Source of the DNA: Owenia fusiformis
Lineage: Eukaryota
Assembly: GCA_903813345.2 (NCBI GenBank)
Contig: CAIIXF020000001.1
Coordinates: 22,692,001-22,756,000 of the forward strand
Length of the DNA stretch: 64,000 nt
Direction of reading: 5' to 3'
The notes under the pieces are model-generated. The model did not search any database, was not told where the DNA came from, and saw only the letters and a list, made by a program, of their open reading frames with translations. The translations under genes were made by a program, and so were the position numbers. Within the stretch, counting starts at the first letter, position 1; each line of letters begins with the position of its first letter. This document shows positions 27,901-42,900 of the stretch, one piece after another.

Positions 27901-30900
27901 ATTTATATCAACATAACTTTATTCATACTGGGGCAGATAAAAGATTTAAATGCGCATTCTGCACAAAATCATTTTGGCAAAGAAAACCTCTTGCAAAGCA
28001 CGTTGAAACACATATAAAGAAAAAGAGAAACTAAAAACTGGTTTACTGCTTCTGTTTACTGTTTATCTGTTTGTTTTTATGTATGTGATAAAAGACCAAT
28101 TTGTTATTGCTTGGATAGCACATTCAATAAAATGTAAATTGCTTTATATTTGAAGATTCAGTAAATTCATCCGATTTTTCAAAATAAATATACTGCTTTT
28201 ATCATTACATTTATATATACACTAGTATCTTGTTGACCTATATTCAGCACTGCATTGATGAATGGGGCACTTATTAGGGCCAATATGCCATATTAATTCT
28301 TCATCAAAATGGGTAATGGGTAACATTCCTTATTGTCGGTTTTTAATAAGCTGGCTTAGGGAGGAGACTACCTACATCCAGAAGCAAACAAAGGTAGTGT
28401 TTCGATCCAATGGGTTAGGATGATGATATTTATCCATGAATTTGTGGAGCAGTGGTATATTCAAACCTGGACCCAGTATAGAAAATGTTTCCTCAAAGTC
28501 TGCTGAATGTTCCAAATAAAACCAATTTACATTATATAAGTATGTTATTCCTATTTTAAACAATTGAACTTAGCCAGTAACAGTCGACAGCAGTTTGGTA
28601 CATTGCAAAACAATATTGGCGCTATTGTGGTTAAATGCAACTTCCAAATTTAAAATAATTTGCTGTTTCCAAGAAGAAAATTAAAATGAAATTATGACTG
28701 TTTTGTTAATAATGTAAGATTTGATATTTCTCTATTGTAAAATAAAACACTTGTAATAAAGGACAAAACACTGAGTACTTTTTCTGAATTTGATTTAATT
28801 GAGCTTAATCATCTTTCATCAGAGGAGTTTTCAGAATATGGCCACTGAATGAAAATAATAATGGAATTCTTCATGGTTCTACGGGATATGTTTATCAAAA
28901 ATAGAGTATCATGAAAAACATGCCACCATTTCAAATCCATCATTAATGTCAAGAGGAATAATCAAAAAAACATTTACAAGAATTCATCTCTTTAATTTCA
29001 GTACATTTTTGACAAAATAGTGTTATTGAAAGGGCTTTTAAGGATACATGTATTGGATTTTATAAATGTGCCCATAATTAAACCATTATTTCAGGAAGAG
29101 TCAATTGCCCTATATAAACTTATCGAATGAGCTAAATTCCCTTTAATACTCTATACTATATGAACTTTGAACTTTGTATACTGTTAAACTCAAGTGTATT
29201 GATATAGCCTAAGCAGTGGCATAGTTCTAGGTTATGTTGACAGCAGCTATTCTATGTATAGCCTTTATTGAGACATCTACTGCAACATATTCATTGTGAA
29301 AAGATATTTGTATAGCTACTAGCTAGTGACTGTAATACACTGTGCCCGCCACTCAGTAAAGTATGACATATGAACTGCAATCATTTGAGATATTGGAGCT
29401 TGCTAAAAGCCTGTACTAGTACATTTACATTGAATATTCTAGCATTGGTAAGTATTCAGTTTTAGTTCATATTTTAGGTAAAGATAAATTGCGCCACTTA
29501 CATCTACAAACTGCATGTGAGGCCATATCGAAATAAATTAATATTGGATGGAAGGGGGGATTGGTTATCTCGTTCCAAGACTATCTCTACGTTCTAGTCT
29601 TGCGAACGTCTTATTCTTTTGCCTGTATGATTACAACATGGAAGAATTTTCTACGCTTCTTACACTTAAGATACCTATTTCAATAGATTCCTTGGTATTT
29701 TAGCATTATTTTCGTGTAGTTGAATCCACAATTGTGTGGGTTTATCGGCAGAACAAAGAAATTTTCGTTTTTGATCCCAAAATTTGCGTGTAATATTTAA
29801 CTTGTTTCAACCGTCAAATTCTTCCATTTATTGCTTATCCGGCCCACTTCCGGGTCAGTCAAACGGGGAATCCCCTTTTAAATCCAACCGCCATCTTGGA
29901 AAGTGATGGAATATCTCTCGATGAAAAAAGAAAAAAGTTCCAATTCTGCCGATATACCCAAACAATTGTGGATTCAACTACACGAAAAGAATGCTAAAAT
30001 ACCCAGGAATCTATTGAAGTAGGTATCTTAAGTGTAAGGGGCGTAGATAATTTTCCCAAGTTGTAATATCGTACAGGCAAAAGAATAAGACGTTCGCAGG
30101 ACTATAGTCACGGGACGGGATAAGGGGATTGGATGGAGGGGGGATACAGTATATATAAGACATGATAAGACATGCTACTTGAATTTATTCTTATTTATTT
30201 CCCCCTCCATCCAGTATTAATTTATTTCGATTATTTTTTGTATAACGCATGGAAACTAACTTTAAAAAGTGAGCAATGTCATTAGTATTGTGATAATAAC
30301 GTCCCTTATACCTATTTATTACACGTCATGTAGACCATTGTTGCTCGATTTATAGCAAAAACATCGACTTTTGCATGTTGGTGATGAAACGCCTCTTTTA
30401 ATAGATCTCATATCTTAGAAGTGAGCGTTCATAAGCTCCTACTTTTAGCTATTTTTCAGTCACATTTTCAGAGGGCTAAAAAGGTTATTTCATCATGTTT
30501 AGGGTCATTCTGACCATTGCCATTGTGATCCTGGTCATGTAAATGATGGGGGCCCAATGATATGTGGAACTAGTTAAACTTACTGGAGGTCAAAACAGAC
30601 CGCTGTTATCTTGGTTTAAAAAATATCCAAAATCCAGCATGGTTTTGTCACTTTCTGTTTTGTCATTTCCTGTTAAGTACCATGGGACCTTAATGCATTT
30701 TAGATAAACCAGAAATTAAGATGACATCCTCAGATGAGACAAATAAGATCACATGCCTGGAGGAAGAAAAGCTACAAATAACTTCTTCAGATGAGATTAA
30801 TTCAATGGAACACCAACAGATAGATAGTCATAGCAAATTTGAACATTTAAGAGACAGACATTGGAGTGATTGTAAGTTTTTTATTGTGTTCAAGGCCAAA

Positions 30901-33900
30901 ACATATTCTATTTTCTCCCAAAGGGGACACTTCTCGTTTCAATGGCAAATTCTTTTCAAATTCTTTCAAAGGTTTCCTGTCAAGTCTTCTCTAAGATAGA
31001 ATTGTAGATTGAATATATGTGGGGGTACCATTAATTAGTGAGAAAAGAACAATAACTTTTTGAAATTTGCTTTAATTAATTGCATTGATATTTTCACCAA
31101 ATAAACTCCAAGTGATATGCTACATCCCATATAGTTTGATTAGTTAACTCTAACATATGGTGGTTTGAGAGATTTCTCTATGACATCATGACCAGTACCC
31201 TGGAGCAGTTATTAATGTAAAAAAACTGAGGATTTCATGTTTTATTTTCCAGGTCCTCTTTACCAAGATTGCTTTAAGGAATATGATCCGTTTAATCCTA
31301 AAGCTCTTGGGTCAGGATCTTCTGTACTGAAGTATACCTAAGTCCTGACATTATATAAAAATTAGTTATAGTGAATCTACCATAATTAGAAATCATATAG
31401 ATTGCTATGTATTTTATTAAGTTACATTGAGATCTTTGAGAATTCATGCTTATTTCAGCCAATTCTGCTCCACCCCAAAGTACTGCAAAATGGCAGTGTC
31501 TCTTATGTCACAGTCATGTGTGGCATGATATGCAAGATATGACATCAGAATTGGTTGTGTTGTCATAACAACTACCTCAGGACAATGTGTACACACAAAA
31601 TTTGAAAAGTAACAGTCAATTCTTAAAAAAACATGGTAAAAAGTGCCCTGGTTTCTCGTACTTTTTAGCTGTTCCACGGACCCCTAGCAACCGTTGCCAT
31701 GGTAACCGCTGTTGCAATGTATTTATTTGAAAAAATTAACGAGTATGCTCATTCAATACTCTATTCCTCAAGGGATGTATATACCAAATTTTATTGCAAT
31801 TGAATGAATACTAGGATGCTGCCTCAAAATTTTCTCACTAATTAATGATACTCCCTTGTACTATGAATTCTAATACAAAATGTCAATATAAGAACAGTAA
31901 TAATTGTGGGAGTATTCAAAGTAGTACATCCTTTTGCAGGTCTATCTTTCAGAAATGATCTAGGCAACAACAATGATCCAACCAAGATGATTAAAGATAC
32001 AAATGCTACAAAATTCCCACCTGATGTTATTGTGGAAAATACTAGCAAAGATGTAACCAATGATGACCTGACTGAGCAAGATACACACCCAGTTAGTGCA
32101 GATTTCATCAAGTCACAGGGCAATAGAGAAGAGAATGTCAATATAAAGGTAGAACCTGATCAAGTCAATGGTCTTGAAGATGAACATGATAATGTGGATG
32201 ATACAAACAGAGTTGACAATCAAGTGAAACAAGACATTAAACATGAACTTCAAAACTGTCAATCATTTGCTCATTTTGATAACACGGCTGATGAAAATAC
32301 TGAAACAATTGATGAAAATTCTGAAACGATGAATCAAAAGAACCCAACAGTATCACTTTGTAGATTATCAGAAGCAGATATAAAGCTTCTTAAGTCCAGG
32401 AAATACACCTCAAAGAGGAGAATATGTTCATTGATGTCGAAAACGCAACCAACTCTTAACCAAGATCACAAAGGAGAAAGACTGTTCAGATGTAACATAT
32501 GTTATGAAGCATTTTATGAAATCTCTAATCTTTCTAAGCACATCGCTGGACATCTAAAGCAAGCCAAGAGTAGTGTTAAAGCTTTTAAATGTAACCTATG
32601 CTCAAATGTATATACCCATGCCTATTATCTCGATTTTCATATCAAAATCCATTTAAATGGCAGAAAATTCAAATGCAAAGTGTGTTCTAAAGAATATCTT
32701 ACCAGATCTCACCTTTCTGCACATAATCTTGTTCATACTGGAGAAAAGAAATTTTCATGTAATGTTTGCTCTAAAACCTTTGCAACTACTTCAAGATTTA
32801 ATGCACATAAGAAAACTCATTCGAGAGAAAATGAAGACAGAAAATTTAAGTGCCAATTATGCGCTAAAGCATACTTCACAAAAGCAAGTCTTAAATTCCA
32901 CCAGAAAGTTCATGAGGAAGAAAAACAATTTCATTGTGATGTCTGTTCCAAAGCATTTAACCATAAAAGTCATTTCACAAGACATTTAAGAACACATACA
33001 GGAGAGAAACCCTTTAGTTGTAAAATCTGCAAGAAAGCATTTTCATGTAAGAAATCCCTTTCAATGCATAACAACATTCATACAGGTGAAAAGCCATACA
33101 AATGTAAAGTCTGCGAAAAGGCATTTAGACATCAAGTAAATTTGAGAACTCATAACAGGATTCATACTGGAGAAAAGCCATATAAATGTAAGATATGTTC
33201 TAGAGCCTTTTCACACAGTAGTCATGAACGGAGACATCAAAAGGTTCATACAGGAGAAAGAAAATATGAATGTGAGACATGTTTCAAAAGATTTGGAGAC
33301 AAATCATCTCTTAAAGGTCATTACAGAACTCACACAGGTGAGAAACCATTTCAGTGTAAGATTTGTTTGAAAGCCTTTTCTTCATCTGGCATTTTAAGAA
33401 CTCACACACATATTCACACTGGTGAAAAGCCATTTAAATGCAACATTTGTGAAAAAGCCTTTTCTAACCAAAGCAGTCTGTGTACACATAGAATTATCCA
33501 CAATGAGGAAAAAGAATTCAACTGTCAGGTCTGCTTCAAGAAATTTTCTTCAAAAGTACACCTTGTAATGCATAACAGAATCCATACAGGAGAGAGACCA
33601 TTTAAATGTAAACTATGTCCTAAAGCATTTCATACAAGTTCAGCCCTTACTTGCCATAAACGAAATCATACTGGAGAAAAACCATTCAAATGTAAGTTCT
33701 GCTCAAAAACATTCAAAGTATGTTCTAATTTGTTGATGCATAAAAGGCTTCATACTGGGGAGAGGCCATACAAATGTAAATCATGCCCAAAAGCATTTTA
33801 CTGTACATCTCATTTAATTAAACATGAAGTTGTTCATACTGGGGCTGATAAAACATTTAAATGTTCATTTTGCACAAAATCATTTTGGCAGAGAAAACCT

Positions 33901-36900
33901 CTTGCAAAGCACCTTGAAACACACATAAAGAAAGAGGAAAACTAAATACATTCTAATAAATGTATCATGACAAGATCTACTTCCTTTTTAGCTTCAACTT
34001 TCTGTTTGTTTTATGAGATATAAGTTGACAAAAAGAATAGAAACCTTGTTTCGATCATGAGAAAAAAACAATTGAAAAAAAAATTATGACAATTTTTCAT
34101 TTCTTTGCTACGCATTTAAATACCATTTTTAATCTACTTATTAAGTGTAATATTAAAAACATATTTACTTTTCTTTAGACATTTTAATATAATCATTTGG
34201 ATGAATTTTCCCATTGGATTAACTATCCTCTTGTAAATTATTTCAATGTGATTTGAAATAATGTGTATTTAAAGAGGCAACAAGGTCTGTAGAGAGAAAA
34301 TTCAAAATTTTTTACTTTTTCCGAGCTATCAGGGCAACATTTGACTTAACATCTTCTTTGACATATCTATTTCCTTAAAATGTATGGATGAACTATCAAT
34401 TTCAGCATTAAGAAGTGTAAATTCAGTTCAAAGCTTCTATAAAGGGAGTCCCACTTATTGATTTTTAGCATCAATCATGTTTCAAGAGGACTATCAGCTG
34501 AAATAATGTTCATCGACGGGGTTTCTTTGGAGAAAATAAAAATATATGTTTGTCTTGATGCAATATCAAAACTTGAATATATTTTGACACTGGTCCATAT
34601 CGGTTAATGGCCCCTCTGCACTAATTGTTGCACCTTTAAATGAATGAATTCATGAGATTTTCTTAATGAACTGATCATCTACAAAAATATTTCCATATAT
34701 TCAATCTTGGATTATACATATTTCTAAATAATCTAAAGAGACAATTGGTCATTTAGGCAAAAAGAGCTTACAGACTGTTTAAGGCTTATTCTAAATCTAC
34801 TGGTACCATCCAGATCCCATCATAAAGTAAAGCCAATGATATTACAATGCAAACAAATGGTAAAGGGTCTGGATATTACCTGTGTGACATTGCATCGTTA
34901 TAGCTGTTTGCTATCTATTGTTAATACATGCATACAGCAAGACCTGTGTGATCTTAATACCAAAAAGGCCAGTCAAAATTGATCGAATTGGCAGATTCTC
35001 ACATTTTAAGATTCTTTTCACGGACATTTGTGGCAGATTAGGAAATGGGACTAGACTAAAAAACCATTCACATCAAGAGATGTTTAGATTAGGCAGGTGT
35101 TCAGGCACACAGGTTTTTCTGTGTTAAAGGTTAAACAGTAACATAAACAGTAGATTGGTGTACTACAAAACAATACACGTGTGCAGTGGCCTCATGCATT
35201 ATTGATTAAAACAAACACAAAAAAAGTAATGTTGAGAAACCTATAATACACATTTTCTCATATTGTTTCCATGAAATCAATAGAATAAGAATGATAGCAT
35301 TAGAATATAAATGTTCTTTGAAAGCCTTGTGGCAAATAATTCAATATGAGGTAAAAGATATGTTGAACATTTGATTGGCTCAAGAATGAATATTGTATAC
35401 TGTGTTTGTATCATATTTTATTGTGTAATATTGGGTGATTGTTTCTAAACATGAAATGAGAACTCACTTTGCCTTTTAATTGATGTAAGAATATTTCTCA
35501 TGCTGTGACAAAAATTCCTTTTTTAGTAATTGCTTTTCAAAAAGGATATATTGTTTTGTATTTGTTTTCAAATGTTTTAACCAGAACAACGGCAACGCCA
35601 AAGCGTAGCGAATCCCATCGAACAGAAATAGCTGGCATTTTTACAAACGAAATATATAGCAAATATCATAAAATGACACACATAAGAAAGTTGTCATCAG
35701 AAGAAGTAATATGCTTTTTTATAGTATTCACATGCCAAATATGAACAAAATCGCTCCACTACTTTTCGGGTTATAGTAAAATACTTTAAAATGGTGGCCA
35801 TTTTTCAAAATGGCCGCCTTCTACCAAAAGTGTCATAAGACAGTGTGCCATGCTAATAGTATTCGAATACCAAATATGAACAAAATCGCTCCACTACTTT
35901 TCAAGTTACAGCAACAATCGTAAAATAACGAGTAAAGGCCGAGTAAAATACGTTTAAATTTTTCAAATTCCATTTTTTGTCATCAGAAGAAGTAATATGC
36001 TTTTTTATAGAATTCCAATGGCAAATATGAACAAAATCGCTCCATTACTTTTCAAGTTACAGTAAAATACTTTAAAATGGTGGCCATTTTTCAAAATGGC
36101 CGCCTTCTACCAAAAGTGTCATTAGACAGTGTGCCATGCTTATATTATTCACATACCAAATATGAACAAAATCGCTCCACTACTTTTCGAGTTATAGTAA
36201 AATACGTTAGAATGGCGGCCATTTTTCAAAATGGTCACATTCTACCAAAAATGTCATTAGACAGTGTGCCATGCTTATAGTATTCACAAACCAAATATGA
36301 ACAAAATCGCTCCACTACTTTTTGAGTTGAAGTTAAAATGGCGACCATTTTTCAAAATGGCGGCAAATTTTCAAAATGGCGGCAAATTTTCAAAATGGCC
36401 TCCTCCTACCAAAAGTGTCATTAGACAGTGAGCCATGCTTATAGTATTCACATACCAAATATGAACAAAATCGCTCTAATACTTCTTGAGTTACAGCAAA
36501 AATCGTAAAATAACGAGTAAAGGCCGCCATTTTTCAAGATGGCTGCCATGTGCTATTTTAATTTCTACATTTCTAGCTTTATCAATGTCCTATATAATTT
36601 TTTTACATTTAAAACATAATGCTATCACAGTTTTACATATTGCACCTAAATTACTGTAAAATCGGCACTAAAATGGCCGCCATTTTTAAATGAGTGGCCA
36701 TTTTGAAAATCGGCTTTTAAGCAGAACTTCTACCCCCATAGGGTATATGTTTACAAAATATGAACAAAATCGGGCCAACGGTATTTGAGTTATTGCCCGG
36801 ACGGACGGACGGATGGATGGACGGAGGCGTTCCCTATATCCCTCCGAACTTCGTTCGATGGGATAATAATGAGACCAAAGGGCAACATTTGGAAATAACA

Positions 36901-39900
36901 GAACAAAACAAATCCCCTTATAAATCACATGAATTTTAAAACAGTAGAATTTCAGTAGTTTGGTTTTGGATTATTCTAAAAGTGAATAATGTTTACTGTT
37001 TTATCAATCCTAATTTACTGAACTTATCTTTTAAAATTTAACTTAAAATTGATACTGGAAAAGTTCTAAATTTTAAACTTACATAGTGATATGTCAGCCA
37101 TCCAACAACTTTATTAACTGCGGCCCTGAACTCCTCAGCATTCCAGTTACTTAGTTGAGGGGTAACTTTCATTTTTCTAATCTCCCAATTGTTTTTCTTT
37201 ATATGTTTGATTGTCAATTAAAAATCCCTAACTAACAGCTGTTAATGAATAATTCACGTATTGAACTATGACTTGGTATAGATTTTTTGTTCCAGTTGGT
37301 ATTTTCAATTTTAATTTCAAAATTCAATAGCTTAGGTTGACAGTTATCACTCTCGTTTCCAATACTTCAGCTTTTGTATCAATACTATTGTTCCTGTGAA
37401 AAGTTAAACAAACAAAATATTGTTTATCTTTGATTGAATGTCATAATTTTCTCTAATGTAACAACCGATTTCTTCGTCCATGTGCCGAGTTAGATCCCTG
37501 AACTGCGTGATCCTAATTGTTCAGCTAATGTTTGCTTATGGTATGTAATTCCACATTCTTCACAAATCTTTATAATTGATACTACTGGGTATCTAACTAA
37601 CTGATTGAAGCATATTATATCCTCAATATAGCTCTATTAAAGCAAGCCAGCTCAAAGATACAAAAATCAATGTGTAATTACTCATTGATATTTGAGCAAT
37701 TAGAATCCTCCTCCAGCAGGCTTCATGACAATTACCCAAATGCGAGTAGGTAGTTACCAGTTTCACCACCAGGTGGCTGATTCGGGTCAATTAACATGGC
37801 AGGTATATAAGAAAGTTCCCTTAAACTTGAATATTATCAATTTAAGTGGCTCGATTTTCATATAACCCTTATGTGTCTGATACTTATACTAATGAAAATA
37901 TGTCCAGTAAAGCAAAATATTATCTGTCCACTAAAAGCAAAGATATTTCATTTTTTGTGATTTTATAGCATGGGGTCTATGGGGAATCTCCCCGAGCTAG
38001 AAGTCACATTTTCAAAGAAAATTGTTTTTTCAAAGTTGATAAACACTTTTTAAAACCACATTTCTAGATGTAATTTTACATGTAGATTTCAAATATGATA
38101 TTACTTTGACTGAATTTTGAATTTTTAATGACGTAAATCAAGATTATTTCTACTCGCATCTGGGTTATTAGAAAGGCAATAATGCAAGAATGGGAATATT
38201 GCTCAGCAGAGTTTCTCAATTAATACTAAGTGTTGGAAGAATAAAGACTTTTACTTTATTTTTTTTTTGATGTTATGCTAGACCATTCCATGTTATATCT
38301 TAAATGATCAAAATTACAAAATGACTGAGGTCTTGATATATAAAGTCAAAAATTATATATTTCTCTAATTATAGAATTTGATAAATAGACTCTGAATAAA
38401 CATTGTAATCAAAATAACAATACCCTCAACATACAAAAGTTTGATTCTGATTTTGATTCTTTCAAAATAGCTTTATCTACACTTTTGAGTTAAACATAAC
38501 TCTTTGTTCTAACAATAACCAATCAGAATACTTGAAATACATCGGACACCAATCATTGTCAAATAGCATTCACCGATTTTCATGTTTATATAGATACAAG
38601 ATGGGATTCATTTCATATACTAATGACACTTTAATTAAAAGCCATGACAGTTATTTTTGGACATTTAGATCTTATCACATTTATCAAAACTGTACATTTA
38701 TTTCTCATGATATTCAGACCCTAATCTATACTAGGATAAAGAAAAAATATTAAAAGACTGAAATTGTTTCTGGTCAATTCCTACTTCATACAATGAAACA
38801 GGTGCATTGTACACACCTTCAATTATTCATTGTACACACTCCAAATAATTTATCACTCTGCAAATACAATAACTCCAGATTGAGATGGCGAGTGTGTGAG
38901 TAACATGTTTCTATGGTTTTGTTCCATTTTTTCTTCTGAACTACTTATCGTGCCTCTTTAACTTTCTGTAAAATTCTGTCGTTCTGTTTCGGAGATAATA
39001 CTGTCTCTTAATCCCCTACTGCCTAACATGGAAATCAAAATTTGGAAATAACCACCCCTCTTAATTCACCATGAAATGCATAATTAATACCTGATTACAA
39101 TTCATTAGGAAAGCTTTCTGTGAAGCTCCATGATTGCAACTTTTTAATTTTGTCCTTTTTTCAATTATTAATGTAAAATAAATAAAGCAGTCATTGATTT
39201 TTAATATTTTGTATCCTTGTTTTTTATTGCAATTAAAAAAGTTTATCCAAAAAGAGATTCTTTATTTCAATCTACAATTAATCATTATCTGGGCCATAAG
39301 TAGGTCACATAAACCTAATTATCCGATCATTAATGTGTATTTATTAAATAGGTCAGTCACTTCATCTATATTTAAGTGATTAAATTAAATTAATTGATTA
39401 AATTATATCCAAATAATCTCCTTGGTTCATTTCCACAAACTCAAATTCTCTGTCTTCTATTGAAAATAGTAAAATCAGCTTCTAAGTTAAAATATTTTGC
39501 AAAGTTTGATTGACAGTTCTATTTTTAGGACTCCATATTTGGAACATGATATTGAAAGCCTGTATAATTCCAAGGTCAAGCTGAACTGGTAACTTCATAA
39601 GACAATTTAAAATCTGAATTCTGACTAAAAATCATCAATTCCAAGCCTTCATTTCTCAATTAAAACTTATTTCTAGCAAAAATCACTTTTCAAACCATTG
39701 TTGGTCATCAAATATCAGTTGATTTGAGAACTTTTAAATGCAAACTGTGTTCAGCAAAAAGACGTTTTAGCAGCTGTTTCATTCAACAGTTTTGTCAAAG
39801 AATTCTGAATCAAAGTATGAATGACAAGAATCTGTATTGTACAGGGTGACCCAAAAAAATGCAACCCTCCATTTTTTCTTTATTTTTCTTAAATGGTAAA

Positions 39901-42900
39901 TTGCTCTGAGATTTGGCACACAAGGACTTCAATCAATATGGGATCCTCTGGCAAAGTTTTAATAATCATAGACTCATATTGATAGAGTTATGGTTGTTTC
40001 AAAATATGCTCCAGATGTCGTCAATTTCGCTGAAAACAAACTTGCAATGTTCAAGGAAAACTGTTCATAACACGGATGCATTCTTCCCTATGGGAATGGC
40101 TCAAATTTTGCAGCCATTGCTTCTTGGAGTTCTGCAATTGCGGTAGGGTTATTTTCATACACATTATCCTTTAAACAACCCCATATATAGAAGTCAGGGG
40201 CATTGAGATCAAGACTGTGGGATGACCATGGGTTCTCTGTCCTAGGAGAGATAATCTTCTCATAGAAATGACTAGTGAGCCAGGCTATGCTATCATTAGA
40301 AGTGTGAGGAGTAGCTCCATCATTCTAGAACTACTGTTCTTGTCTATTGAAGCCTCTATGTCACTCTAGAATTGCCTAGAACTTCCTGGGAACACCAATA
40401 TTGCGCTGTGTGTTAACAGTAACAGTGTTGCCATTATCAACCTCAAACCAAAAGGGGCTGATGATTTCAAGTTTGGAAATTGGCAGCCAAAGCTGTGCAT
40501 TTAACAGAATGAAGGGGCCTTTGAAGCACTTCATCTGGAATTTGTGATCCCAGAACACATTATTTCTTGAGTTTACATGTTCAGAAAGAAGGAAATGTGA
40601 TTCATCCGAAAACCTAACATTGGAAATGGACGACATTTGGAGCATATTTTGGAACGACCATAACTCTATCAATATAAGACTATGATTATCGAAACTTTGC
40701 CAGAGGATCCCATATTGAAAGAAGTCTTTGCGTTCCAAATTTCAGAGCAATTAACCTCCATTTAAGAAAAATATTGAAGAAATGGAGGGTTGTATTTTTT
40801 TGGGGTGACACAAAAATGCCTCCAACATAATGTTGCATAACTTGTTTACATGATATCTGAATTTTTCTTTAGCACACTAAAACTGGGCTCCATGGAGCAA
40901 CTCCACAAGAAGTTCCAGATGACTGGCTCAACTAGATGCATTTTTATGAATGTTACAAGATGTGCTCTAAATGTCATCCATTCCTTTGCAGGCACACCTG
41001 GAATGATTCTCAACAAAAACACATATTTTTGTAATATGACTTTGTAAATACTAATGATTTTTGCTTGTACCTTCAGGGAAAGATAGTCCATTCAATTAAA
41101 CACACAATGATAGTTTCTCCACACTAATATCATAAGTTATGTTGTTCTATTCAAATACCACCAGTGCCATCTATTTATATATCTGTGTAATATTCCCCCT
41201 GCCCCTAGCTGGTAGAAACTTTAAGATATCAATTCTTAGTTGACATATATCATATCCTTGTAAATATTTTCTGAAACTGTCTAAAGGTAAGTAAAAAGTC
41301 TAATCAAGGGTTAGTATATAATTTTGTGAGTGGATGTACAGCCAGTGCCGTAAAACCTATACATCCAAACACCTGGCTAATTGGAACACCTCCCAATCTA
41401 AATACTTTTTTCTCATCATTGAATGTTGAAGAAACATTGAAGTGTGAATACCTGAACCAATTTCAACCAGTCTTTTGTGCGCACTTTTCATAGATTACCA
41501 CATGTTTTACACAAAATCGTACAACACAAGACTCAAACCTAAACCAGTTGCACCAACAAGCAGGCTTCACAAGTAGTTAAGAACTAAACCAAGTTGAAAT
41601 GACCATTTCTTGCGCAACACGCATTATGCCATGTATGCCCCTCTATACGAAAGCCATAAAAATTCCAAAACCCAACCTTTGCAAAACCCAAGTGAATGAA
41701 AACAAGAATGAATGAAAACACAAGTCGCTAGCTAGAGGGGCCTCTGTAAGATTGCTCGCAATCTTCAAACTCTAGCTACATATTGTGACTCCCTTTAACA
41801 GAAACTGTTACTTTTGGGGTTAAGGTCTCATAAGAATCAAATTTATTCTTCCTATTCAAAGCCCAACATACGAGGGTTGATCACAAAGTTCTCATAATAT
41901 CTCTCTAATTTCTTTATTTTTCAATATATTCTAATGAAATTTTCACAGAATGTGCAGCATAGAATGTCTTATCAATTCAGCAAAAAATATTTAGTTTAAC
42001 AGAAATATTAAATAAGAAATGGTTGCCATGGTAACGGCAAATCAAGGCACCTGGGGCAAATAAAAGTAATTGAGAGAATGGCTCAAATTAACCATGTTAA
42101 CACACATAATAAACTCTCATAAATTACCAAACACGTTAAAATGTTAACTTGAATATGTTGTAAAGTGCTTTTACTATTAAAAAAATTGATCATGTGAATT
42201 GTGTGATGTCGTAGGGGATGCTTCCATGCTTCATTAGATGTGATACCAGAGTCTGAGTCTCAAAGCTAATGATCAGAAATGACTGAGGAAGAGAATGCAA
42301 TAGATACAGAGATCTTCAGAAAAATATAATTCATACTGATAAAAGTTATGTTAAGTTTGTAAGATCCTTTGGTCAGACTAAACATGATTTAAAACAAATA
42401 TATTGCTAAGATATCAACAAAATTACACCCTGTGTGTGGTCTGTACATGTCAAAAATGAACTAAAGGGGCAAAATCAATTTTCCTCAGGATATTTGACAA
42501 AACAGTCATGTGGTCTAACAGTCACTACTAATGAAGCATAACAATCATCCAATATGGGATCACACAATTCACATGACCACTATAATAGTTCACAACAGTC
42601 AAGAGCACATATTATTTGACAATTTAGTGTGTGATAGCTTATTTGACAACTTTTTATGTATTTAAACATGATTAATGAGGGCTATTTTAGCTGTGTTTTT
42701 TATTTGCCCCGGGTGCCTTGATTTCAAGTTACTATGGCAACCATTTCTTATTTAATGTTTCTGTTATTCTAAATATTTTTTGCTGGATTAATAAAACATT
42801 CGGTGCTGCACATTCTGTGAAAATTCCATCGGAAAATATTGAAAAATGAAGAAATTAGAGAGATATTATGAGAACTTTATGATCAACCCTCGTATACTGT

